Source: Selaginella moellendorffii (lineage: Eukaryota; Plantae; Lycopodiophyta). Taken from it: a stretch of DNA of 64,000 nucleotides. The stretch spans positions 3,523,229-3,587,228 of the forward strand of contig NW_003314264.1 of assembly GCF_000143415.4 (NCBI RefSeq), in the 5' to 3' direction. Below are positions 1-10,398 of this stretch, piece by piece; the first letter of the stretch is position 1, and every line of letters starts with the position of its first letter. The notes beneath the pieces are model-generated. The model had not been told where the DNA came from. It saw only the letters and a list, made by a program, of their open reading frames with translations, and did not search any database. The position numbers and the translations under genes were made by a program.

Positions 1-590
1 TCCCCCCCCCGGTTTCCCAATTTTTTTCCCAATTCCCCCCCCGGGGTAAAATGGGCCTAAGGGTTGGGCTCCCCCCCCCCCGGGCCCAGGTGCCCAGCCC
101 CCTTAACCTTTGGGTTTCCTACCCCCCATGGGACCACCAAGATTTGTTCAGGGGCCCCTTAAATTCCCACCCTTTTGGGCCACCCCTTTTTTGGGACCCC
201 TGGGGGAAAAGCCCAGGCCCTACGGCCCTAATAGGGGTCCCCTTTTTCCCCCATTTCCTTCCGGAGGGGAGGCCCCAACCCCCTGGGAGGGGGGGGGCCC
301 AAGGGCCCCCAGGGTCCCCAGGGGGGGCCCCCCCCCTTTGGACCGGGGACCCCCCCATTGGTTTTCCCTTTGGGGGGGGGGGGCTCTTTAAGACCCTTTT
401 TTGGGGGGGCCCCTTTGGCTTCCCCAAAGCCCATTTTCCTTTTCCCCCAGGGCCCCTCACCCCCATTTTAAATTCAAAGGGGGTTAAAAACCCCCCCAAG
501 GGGGTTTTTCCAAGATGGGTCCCGGTCCCCCCCTACCCCTAAAAAATTTTGGGAACCCTTGGCCCCCCCCCCCCCCCCCCCCCCCCCCTA
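1..590. other. Low-quality, homopolymer-smeared sequence that is a garbled copy of part of LTR-A (about 2626-3197)
   Basis: Collinear with LTR-A (e.g. ggaccaccaagatttgttcaggggcccct vs ggtaccacaagacttgatcatgggaccct), but every run is expanded. It ends in a long poly-C, typical of Sanger slippage. Confidence 0.75.
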
Positions 591-876
591 TTGAACTTGA
601 TCTCGAACTCAATCTCAGACTTGACTTTGGACTCGGTCTCAGACTCGATCTTGGACTTGGTCGTCAACAGCGTGGGATGAACACCATTGTGTTCAGGACA
701 ATCTCTACATTCCATAGATGTGATAAATAAGTGAATTTAGACACTTTCCATAAATAGCATTTGGGACCAAAATGAGACTAACACAAAAGGCATGATAGCG
801 AAAGTGTTTGGCAGACACGGTAAGCTATCATCCAATGATATTGAGGGATTAATCTCAATATGCGAGGGTTCTTGTC
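591..876 (-). mobile_element. Left part of an older LTR that was the target of element B (continues at 22087-22341)
   Basis: 670-876 aligns to LTR-B about 1563-1770 and to 42860-43050. It is interrupted after ggttcttgtc and resumes at 22087 (agaccagtgcaagac), matching the uninterrupted ggttcttgtcattagccagtgcaagac at 43041. Confidence 0.75.
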
Positions 877-2027
877 TGTAGCACACGTGGTTTTGACCCT
901 TTATCCTATGGTGATTTACCATAGGATAACACCACGAAGCGGAACCTAAACCCTCTTTGTGCCATGTGACAGATGCCACGTGTCACATGCCACGTGTCCA
1001 TGCCACGTGTCCATAGGAACCCGAGGTTCAGGGCCTTGGGCCACTGAACGAAGGAACGGTGCCAAACTCCCAAGCATGGAGCCAAGGAGTGACGGAACCG
1101 AACCACGGAGCAACTCCCGAGATAAAGCCCAAGAAGCGAAGGGACAGGAGCCCGGAGCGACTTGGAACAGTCCTAGAGTAACCAGCATCCCAATGCCAGG
1201 ACTAGCACGCAAAACGGAGCCAAACGGAGTTTGGCGCTATTTCGGCATACCGGTGGCCTAACGCAAGGACATGGGTACTCCACCAACTAGCATGGAATGG
1301 AACTTGGGCTTAGACCCAAGCTGGATGCAGAACAAGGACAGGCACGCAAGCGGGAGCTAGACTATGCCTCAGGTTGGTCGGCCATGCCCGACCTACCCAC
1401 TATCCCTACTATACATTTGGAACCCCCCATAGCCCCCCCCCCCCCTTGAGGAACACATGCTTTGGGCTTTCACCCCAAGCCTCCCTTAGTATCAGGAGTT
1501 AGTCTCTGGAATAAGCTTGAAACTTACTAAATATAGAATGTCTTTAGATTGCGAATTTGGACATGGGACGAACACCATTGTGTTCAGGACGATCTCTACA
1601 TTCCGTAGATATGCCAAATGAGCAAATCTGGACGCTTTCCATAAATAGCATTTGGGACCGAAATGAGACCAACACAAAGGGCATGATAGCGAGGGTGTTT
1701 GGCAGACACAGTAAGCTATCATTTAGCGATATTGAGGGACCAATCTCAATATCGCGGGGGTTCCCAACACTAGCAAGTGCAAGCCAACATCATGAGTTTC
1801 TCATCACCGTGTCAAGTCTGCTTGACTAAATGACAACTTAGGATTTCCTTCCTTAGTGCCCTTCCGGTCTAAATGCACATGTGATTACCAGTTTCTCAAC
1901 TAGCTTAGGCGGAGACTAATAACGGGTCCAGCAATACCGACCTCCTGCCATCGTGGCAGTAAGGTAAGAGTGTCCGTAAGGACTAGCCGACAGGTAACTT
2001 TCGATACCTGAAGTCACATTCGCAACA
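877..2027 (-). repeat. Element B 3' LTR (1151 bp)
   Basis: Near-identical (about 98% by eye) to 20943-22081, with one extra 13-bp tgccacgtgtc-type unit. Confidence 0.92.
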
Positions 2028-2040
2028 CTCTCCCCCCCTT
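2028..2040 (-). promoter_or_regulatory. Polypurine tract of element B
   Basis: Minus strand AAGGGGGGGAGAG immediately before the TG of the 3' LTR. Confidence 0.85.
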
Positions 2041-2462
2041 GGGAAGATCGACGTCCTCGTCGATGCACACTCGAATCTAGAATACCGCCAAGGAAACAAC
2101 TCCAGAAAAAGTTCACAGTACTCACACTATGTGAGAAATGCACCAACTTAAATGAGTTAGGGGGCAACCTCTTTGTCTAACGCGGATGCGCTACCAGCTT
2201 AGACACCTTCCGGCCGTCGCCGACAAGGAAATGACTAACGAAATCAGCCACCCTTGCTGCTCTGGGAGTCACCCAGCTTACAAAAGTGTGATACGCCCCT
2301 GCCCGCAAGGACATAGAGAGAGAAGCCAGAGGCCCCAACCCTCCTAAGCAAAGAAACCAAACCCGTCGGTGAAGTTTAGATAGACTACTGTAAACAGGCA
2401 GTTAGAGTTATTTACACGGTCACGCCCTTTTAACAGAATAAGGAACATCGACAGAGAGGCGG

Positions 2463-3610
2463 TGTAAGCCACAAATTTTTCCTTTCCAATTTGCCAGCTT
2501 ACCTCGTCTATCCGTCCAACACTGCCTTGGCTTTTGCTAAGTTCCCTTGCCAAGGTTCTCGCCTATGGTACCAGCTCCTACTTGGTTTCAGCTACTCACT
2601 GCACGAGCAACGGAGTGTTAGCCATCCTTCCACGGATTCCCAAATCACTCCCAATCCCCCTCCCCGGGTTAGACTGGACTTAAGGTTCGGCTACACTCCC
2701 CGCAAGCACAAGCAGCCAAGCACACCAAGCTTCCAGGTTCCTAACATCCCTTGGTACCACAAGACTTGATCATGGGACCCTCTAAATCCCAAGTCTTGAG
2801 TGCAACACTTGCTTCGGGACGCCGGGGCGAAACACCGTGGCCTAACGGCCCGGTATGGGTACCTCTCGCCCCCCACTTCCATCCCGAAGGAAGGCCCAAG
2901 CCCCTAGGAAGGGCGAGGACCAATGAGCCGCATGGTACTCAAGTGGGGCACCACTCCACCTGAGCCGGGAGCACCGCAATCGGTTTCCCTTTCGGGAGTG
3001 GGAGCTGCTCTTGAGCACTTCCTTGGATGGCCCCTCCGGCACCAGCCAAGTCCATGCTCACTCCCACCCAAGGCCCCTTAGTCCCAGTCCCAACCTCAAG
3101 TCGGTTTGGAAGCCCAACTGGAGAGTCCCTTCAAAACTGGTTCCTGGACCTCACTATCCCTACTATACTTTTGGAACCCCCTGCAGCCCCCCCCCCCTGG
3201 GGGACGCACGCTTTGGGCTTTCACCCCTTGACCCGTATTAGTATTTGGACTTAGTCTCTGGCTCGATCTCGGATCCGATTTCGGATCCGACTTCGGATTC
3301 GGTCTCGGACTCGATCGCGGACTCAATCTCGGACCCGATCTCGGGCCCGACCTCGGACTCGACTTCGGACTCGGTCTCGGACCCGATTTCGGATCTCGGA
3401 CTCCGTCTCGAACTCGGTCTCGAACTCGGACTCGAACTCGGTCCCCGAGTCGGTCTTGGACTCGATTCCGGACTCTATCTCGAACTCGGTCCTAGAGTCG
3501 GTCTTGGACTCGATCTTTGACTTGGTCCCATCCGATGAACTCTTTGTCATTTTGGTCATGCTTTCGGGGTTCCCTTAGCCTACGACACCTCGGCGAGTTG
3601 GTTCCTTACA
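2463..3610 (-). repeat. LTR-A1 (3' LTR of the dimer)
   Basis: TGTAAG...CTTACA termini; >99% identical to the other two copies by eye. Confidence 0.95.
3255..3520. repeat. Degenerate 6-bp tandem array (ctcgga/ctcgaa/ctcggt) within LTR-A; also at about 9639-9904 and 16023-16288
   Basis: Visible hexamer periodicity that generates the spurious SDPISD/LGLELG ORFs. Confidence 0.85.
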
Positions 3611-3624
3611 ACTCCACCACCCAT
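3611..3624 (-). promoter_or_regulatory. Polypurine tract of element A (second copy 9995-10008)
   Basis: Minus strand ATGGGTGGTGGAGT directly upstream of the LTR start TGTAAGG. Confidence 0.75.
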
Positions 3625-3631
3625 AGAAGAA

Positions 3632-3919
3632 GTTCGATGCCCACATCGAACGTCTCTTTTTTATCCTACGACTTGTTGACCATGTCTCCGGGGGCATCCC
3701 CCCACTTAGCGGTGTGCCTAAGTTAGCCTCCCCGGCCAAGAGCTCATGACAACGGAATATAGGTGTCCCTATACTCCTCCCCTCACCACGCCCTAGTATG
3801 GGGTCGGGACTTGAACCCAGCCTTGCTTTACTAGGGGGTTGGGACTCGAACCCAACCTCCGTAGAATACGTCTACGGTTTCGACATCCCCGCAGGGAGTC
3901 GGGCGTAGCTCCCTACGCC
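3632..3919 (-). other. Hairpin-rich 3' untranslated region of element A with two T-loop/B-box-like motifs (copy 2 at 10016-10303)
   Basis: Perfect stems at 3632-3651, 3791-3836, 3837-3857, 3859-3877 and 3902-3919. Sense strand contains GGTTCGAGTCCC and GGTTCAAGTCCC. Confidence 0.65.
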
Positions 3920-4014
3920 TGGTCGACCTAGCTAACCCATGCTAATTAGCTCACCTTTGGCGCGCCTTCGGGTCCCAACATATGCCACTTGCTCAACTTT
4001 GCAAATTGATATTT

Positions 4015-7000
4015 TTAATTGAACTTTGCATAAGTACATAGAGTTCTGCCTTGCAGAAATTCCTCCACTAGATCTCGCGCGTTCGCTAGGTTCTCCTCCG
4101 GTTCCCATGTTGCTTCGCAGTGTGGAAATCCTTTCCACTTCACATGGAACTCTCTCACCTCGCGTCCTTGTCGCTTGCTCTTGCGCGCATTGAGGATGGC
4201 CTCAACTTCGTATTCCTCTTCCCCTTGGATAACCTCAGGTAAAGGTCTTACTTGGTCTTTGCGAAGCGGATCCTCAAAGTACGGCTTGAGTAAGTTCACA
4301 TGGAATACTGGGTGCATCTTCCCCATCTTTCGAGGAAGTCGGAGTCGGTAAGCCACTTTACCGATTCGTGCCTCAATCTCGTAAGGCCCCGCGAACCTGC
4401 TTAAGGAACTCAAGATCAATTCATTTACAGGAATACATGCATTTTTACCTTTGGGTCAACTTTCGGCTGATCCCACTTGGTAGCCTAAGGTTCTTGGTGT
4501 TCAGCCACACCTTCTCCCCAGCTTGGAACTCTACGTCCCGGCGCTTTAGGTTCGCGTACTTGGTTTGCCTTTGTTGAGCCCGTTCCAAGGAATCCCTCAC
4601 TAGATTCCAAATGTTGAGTCTTTCCGCCGTGAATGCCTCCACTGCGGGTAACTCTCCATGATACTCGGCCACACCGAGTTCCACAGGACCTTCAATAGCT
4701 CGCCCATTGATGACTTCCCATGGACTCACCCCGATACTCGAATGTGGTGAGTTGTTATAACACATTTCCGCAAGTCCCAAATGACTTACCCAATCGGTCT
4801 GGTCTCCCGAGACATAGCATCGCAAATAATCCTCCAGCTGCCTATTCACCCTTTCCGTTTGTCCGTCTGTCAAGAAGTGTTAGGACCACCAAACTTGACT
4901 TAATACCCCATACCTGTCTGTGGGTGATAGGCTGTGCTGAATTTCAACTTGGTGCGATACTGTTCCAGGAGGGTCCTCCAGAACCTACTAGTGAAGATCT
5001 TATCTCGATCTGAGATAATCTCCTCTGGCCTTCCCCGCACTCGAACCACTTGTTCGAAGAACAGTTTCGCCACACCTTCCGCATCCACCTCCGTTGTGGT
5101 GGGTATGAAATGTGCCATCTTCGAAAATCGGTCCACCACCACGAATATCGCATCGAACCCCTCGCTTGGGGGTAGTCCCGTGATGAAGTCCATCGTGAGA
5201 CATTTCCACGGACGATCTGGAATTGGGATGCTTTGCAACAAGCCCCCACTAGCCTTAGTCACGGCTTTGACCTGCTGACATGTTGGACATGTCTTTACAT
5301 AGTCTTGGACGTCCTTAGCCATATCTGGCCAATGGTACTTCCTCTTGAGTAAGCCCATCGTCTTGGGCACTCCGCCGTGTCCCGCAAGAGGTTCGTCATG
5401 ACACTCTTCTAAGGCTACCTTCCTTAGTCCACCTTCTGGAACATACACCCTCGTTTGCTTGTAATAAATGAGTCCATTGCGTTCCGCATAGCCCGTTTTC
5501 TCTTCCGTTGGCGGCTCACCTCTCTGGTGAGCTTCCCGTGCCTCCAGATTCCTCAACAACACTTCTTGTGCTAGACCATCGTTCTCATATGCTGTCCGCA
5601 CATCGTCCCAGAAGGTTGCTGTTGCGCTGGAGATCGCCAACCTCAAGCTCGCTTTTCGACTTAGCGCATCTGCCACGATGTTGCTCTTCCCAGGCTTGTA
5701 CAGAATCTCGCAATCAAACTCGGCCAAGGCATTGGCCCACCGACCTTGTTTCCCTCTCAGGTCGGGTTGTGACAAGAAGTGTTTCGTTGCCACATTGTCC
5801 GTGTAAACCTTGAAGTGTCTCCCAAGGTAGTGTCGCCACTCCTTGAGCGCCTTGACCACCGCAAACAATTCCTTCTCGTGGGCAGGCCACTTCCGTTGAG
5901 CCTTGTCCAGCTTCTTCGAGAAGAACGCTACTGGATGGTTGTCTTGCTTCAAAACTGCGCCTAACGCAAAGTCCGAAGCATCCGTGTCTACCTCAAAGTC
6001 CTTACCAAAGTCCGGTAATGCCAACACCGGAGCCTTCCTCAACTTCCCTTTGAGGTGGACGAATGCCGCCTCGCATTCCGCTGTCCATACCATCTTCCCT
6101 TTTCCCGTTTGATCCGTTAAGGGCAGGGCTACTCTCGAATAGTGTCTGATAAACTTTCGATAGTAGTTGCATAGCCCCAAGAACGCCCTCAACTCATGTA
6201 CATTCGATGGTCGCTCCCATTCCTGGATCGCTTGGACCTTCTCCGGGTCCACCTTGAGCCCGTCCTGGCCCACCACATGCCCGAGAAACTTTACCTCTTG
6301 CTGAGCAAAGTCACATTTGCTCTCTTTAGCATACAGTTTATGTTCCCTTAGTTTCTCAAACACCTTCGCCAAGTGTTCGGCATGCTCCTCTAGCGTCTCG
6401 CTATAGATCAGGATGTCGTCAATATAGACGACCACAAAGTGATCCAGATAGGGTACAAAGACGTGGTTCATCAACGCCGAAAACGTTGCCGGCACATTGC
6501 ACAGCCCAAAGGGCATCACCAAAAACTCAAAGCTCCCATACCTCGTTCGACAGGTTGTCTTCTCGACATCTTCCTCGGCTACCCTGATCTGGTAGTATCC
6601 TGACCTTAGGTCAATCCTCGAGAAGTATTTTGCCTTTCCCAACCTATCGAACAGGTCCTCAATCCTTGGCAACGGGTACTTGTTCTTCTTGGTATACTTG
6701 TTGAGCAACCGGTAATCTATGCACATGCGCATAGATCCATCTTTCTTTTTCACAAATAATACCGGCGCCCCATACGGCGACTTGCTCAACCTAACATACC
6801 CTTTGCCCACCAACTCCTCTAGTTGGCACTTGAGCTCCTTGAGTTCTTTTTCGTTCAAACGATAGGGGGGACAAACCACCGCCTCAGCGCCCTCGACAAG
6901 CTCAATCTTATGTTCTATCGGTTGTGCGGGGGGCAACCCCGCCGGTAGCTCCTCCGGCATGGTATCCTGGAATTGGTCCAACACTCGCTGGATCACTAAA

Positions 7001-8787
7001 GGCACTTCTTCCGTTCTTGTCTTTTTGTCACTCTTCACCGAGAGTAAGCACAAAAAGGCTGCCTTAGTTCCTTTAGTGAGTTGTCCTCTCGTGGACACCA
7101 GGTTCAAGCATGACTCTTTGGCCTTGCTTTGCCCTACCTTTAGATCCTGGGCCTCCACCCTAGATCTTCTTCCTTGGGCATTCGCCAATACCACAAGGTT
7201 CCTACCTTGTCCATGCAGGGCTACCACGAACCGATTAAACCAATCCATTCCGAAGATCACGTCAAATCCCGCCATATCCAAGACGGTGAAATCCATGTCC
7301 ACTTTCCATGTCCCCACTTCGACTCTCGCTTGTCGAAGTACCTCATCGGTGCTTTGGCTACCCTGAACAAACTCTATAGTCCTTGGTTCGCCTAGCCGCT
7401 GCACCGTTAGTCCGGCTTGCCGGACTATGTCTGCAGCCACAAAATTATCCGAAGCACCCGTGTCAATAAGGATCTTAACAAAGCTACCTCCGAGCTTCCC
7501 TCGGAGGGCTAGTAGATGTCGCGAACGACTCTCTACCAAAGTTGCTCGTGTAATGAGTAACTTTGAGTTAGGGACTGGATCACATACTTCAGTTTGGACT
7601 TCACCCGACTTGATGGCCATATTGGCTCTGGCCTTCTTCGGGTAGGGACATTCCCTCGAGAAGTGTCCCGCTTCGCCGCAGTTGTAGCATACGTTGTTTC
7701 CCACGCTACTATACGACTTGACCTTCTTATCCGTGGGTTTGTCCTTTTTCGCTTGACTCCCCCACGTACTCGCTCGCTGGCCACCGGATTTGCCTTTCCG
7801 GAACCCCGAGGACTCATTCTTAGAGAAACTCCTTTTGAATTTCCCCTTGCTATACATTCCCCTTGGTTTGGCCCCTTTGCTAAATGTGGATCCCGACCCC
7901 GTCGTGTTCCCCTTTCGCAGGTTATCGTTGAAATGCACCTTGATGGCCGCATCCAACGCTTCCTTGTAGTTGGTCGGGTTCCACCTCATCACCTCGCCGC
8001 GAGCCCAGGTTTGCAAACCTGATATGAAGGCATGGAACGCATCCATATCCCCCATGTCCGTGACAAGTATCCTCTTTGCCATGAACCCATTCACATATTC
8101 CTGGATGGTTCCTGTCTGTTTCAGCCTACTCAGTTCATCCCTCAGATGCAGAGTGGCATTCGGAGGAACATATGTTGCGCGGATCCTCGCCTTCATCATG
8201 TCCCAAGTGACCACCAGTCCTTCGTTGGCCTCTGTTGTTCTCCACCAAGACTTGGCATTATCTGCCAAGTATGGTTTTGCACATGGGACCTTCTCCGAGC
8301 TTGGTAACCGCAACGCTCGGAAGTAGTCCTCCATATCGTAAAACCAATCCTCCACCACCTTATAGTCATTCACTCCCTTGAAGACCGGTGGGGGCTTTGG
8401 TTTGTACTTGGGAACTGCCTGAGGGACTGATTCCACTTCGGTCTGTTCGACCTTGTCTGGTTTTGCCTCAGTCCCGGCCGAAAGATCCGCACCTTCTGCG
8501 CTGCCAGCATCCGCAGTCTTTTTCTTTTTCTTCCGCCTCTCGTCACGCTTTAGCTTGCGTACGAGAGTTTCCAGCAGGGCATTGGTCTGTGCCAACTGTC
8601 CTTCTAGCACGTCCAATCGAGCCTTGGACGACCGAACCTCGCCACCGGACTCCTGTTTGGAGGTTTCCTCACTGGAGTCCTCCTCATGCAAGGATTCCTC
8701 ATCCATAGCCTCTTGTTCGACCGGAGGCTCCAGCTCTGGCGGAGGTTCCGTCTCCGCCTGGGTTCGCTTACGCCCTGCCCTTGCCAT
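4015..8787 (-). CDS. Gag-Pol polyprotein, copy 1 (gag, CCHC knuckle, protease, RT, RNase H, integrase, chromodomain); exons 8787-4914, 4866-4449, 4396-4015, giving 1557 aa
   Basis: Motifs [55 protein letters not shown] and [21 protein letters not shown]. Two GT-AG introns join the three ORFs in frame. Confidence 0.9.
4397..4448 (-). other. Spliceosomal intron 2 (52 bp) before the GPY/F motif; identical copy at 10781-10832
   Basis: CAAAG|GTAAAA...TAAGCAG|GTTC, AT-rich. Removal restores KLTQR-FAGPY. Confidence 0.88.
4867..4913 (-). other. Spliceosomal intron 1 (47 bp) in the integrase core; identical copy at 11251-11297
   Basis: ACAG|GTATGG...CCTAACAC (branch point)...TTGACAG|AC. Removal restores YHPQT-D-GQTER. 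Confidence 0.88.
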
Positions 8788-8830
8788 CTCCCAGCAATCC
8801 ACCTCTATCCTTCGCTAGAACTGAGGAAAA

Positions 8831-8843
8831 GGCTCCGATACCA
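8831..8843 (-). promoter_or_regulatory. Primer-binding site (initiator tRNA-Met type); second copy 15215-15227
   Basis: Minus strand TGGTATCGGAGCC, 3 bp inside the LTR end. One mismatch to canonical TGGTATCAGAGCC. Confidence 0.85.
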
Positions 8844-8846
8844 AAT

Positions 8847-9994
8847 TGTAAGCCACAAATTTTTCCTTTCCAATTTGCCAGCTTACCTCGTCTATCCGTC
8901 CAACACTGCCTTGGCTTTTGCTAAGTTCCCTTGCCAAGGTTCTCGCCTATAGTACCAGCTCCTACTTGGTTTCAGCTACTCACTGCACGAGCAACGGAGT
9001 GTTAGCCATTCTTCCACGGATTCCCAAATCACTCCCAATCCCCCTCCCCGAGTTAGACTGGACTTAAGGTTCGGCTACACTCCCCGCAAGCACAAGCAGC
9101 CAAGCACACCAAGCTTCCAGGTTCCTAACATCCCTTGGTACCACAAGACTTGATCATGGGACCCTCTAAATCCCAAGTCTTGAGTGCAACACTTGCTTCG
9201 GGACGCCGGGGCGAAACACCGTGGCCTAACGGCCCGGTATAGGTACCTCTCGCCCCCCACTTCCATCCCGAAGGAAGGCCCAAGCCCCTAGGAAGGGCGA
9301 GGACCAATGAGCCGCATGGTACTCAAGTGGGGCACCACTCCACCTGAGCCGGGAGCACCGCAATCGGTTTCCCTTTCGGGAGTGGGAGCTGCTCTTGAGC
9401 ACTTCCTTGGATGGCCCCTCCGGCACCAGCCAAGTCCATGCTCACTCCCACCCAAGGCCCCTTAGTCCCAGTCCCAACCTCAAGTCGGTTTGGAAGCCCA
9501 ACTGGAGAGTCCCTTCAAAACTGGTTCCTGGACCTCACTATCCCTACTATACTTTTGGAACCCCCTGCAGCCCCCCCCCCCTGGGGGACGCACGCTTTGG
9601 GCTTTCACCCCTTGACCCGTATTAGTATTTGGACTTAGTCTCTGGCTCGATCTCGGATCCGATTTCGGATCCGACTTCGGATTCGGTCTCAGACTCGATC
9701 GCGGACTCGATCTCGGACCCGATCTCGGGCCCGACCTCGGACTCGACTTCGGACTCGGTCTCGGACCCGATTTCGGATCTCGGACTCCGTCTCGAACTCG
9801 GTCTCGAACTCGGACTCGAACTCGGTCCCCGAGTCGGTCTTGGACTCGATTCCGGACTCTATCTCGAACTCGGTCCTAGAGTCGGTCTTGGACTCGATCT
9901 TTGACTTGGTCCCATCCGATGAACTCTTTGTCATTTTGGTCATGCTTTCGGGGTTCCCTTAGCCTACGACACCTCGGCGAGTTGGTTCCTTACA
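8847..9994 (-). repeat. LTR-A2 (shared middle LTR)
   Basis: Same termini and length as LTR-A1; PPT on one side, PBS on the other. Confidence 0.95.
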
Positions 9995-10398
9995 ACTCCA
10001 CCACCCATAAAAGAAGTTCGATGCCCACATCGAACGTCTCTTTTTTATCCTACGACTTGTTGACCATGTCTCCGGGGGCATCCCCCCACTTAGCGGTGTG
10101 CCTAAGTTAGCCTCCCCGGCCAAGAGCTCATGACAACGGAATATAGATGTCCCTATACTCCTCCCCTCACCACGCCCTAGTATGGGGTCGGGACTTGAAC
10201 CCAGCCTTGCTTTACTAGGGGGTTGGGACTCGAACCCAACCTCCGTAGAATACGTCTACGGTTTCGACATCCCCGCAGGGAGTCGGGCGTAGCTCCCTAC
10301 GCCTGGTCGACCTAGCTAACCCATGCTAATTAGCTCACCTTTGGCGCGCCTTCGGGTCCCAACATATGCCACTTGCTCAACTTTGCAAATTGATATTT

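Noticed and set aside
1-590. Pro/Gly-rich ORFs and apparent G-quadruplex-rich DNA
   Set aside because: It is a homopolymer-smeared version of LTR-A beside a poly-C run, most likely a sequencing artefact.
877-2027. Hammerhead ribozyme (retrozyme) in the LTRs
   Set aside because: No CTGAnGA...GAAA core found by eye on either strand of LTR-A or LTR-B.
3245-3559. SDPISD- and ESKTDS-repeat ORFs in each LTR-A
   Set aside because: By-products of the stop-poor hexamer array, with alternative starts and no domain.
3780-3860. tRNA gene or SINE
   Set aside because: Only T-arm/B-box motifs are present. No A-box, anticodon arm or acceptor stem could be identified.
3920-4050. Possible third intron after the chromodomain (AT-rich stretch; AAAG|GTGAGC donor at 3954)
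   Set aside because: No conserved protein sequence to anchor it and no convincing acceptor.
4397-4913. Reading the integrase breaks as inactivating frameshifts or programmed ribosomal frameshifting
   Set aside because: The inserts have GT-AG ends, contain in-frame stops, excise precisely, and are identical in both copies. No slippery site explains skipping 47 or 52 nt.
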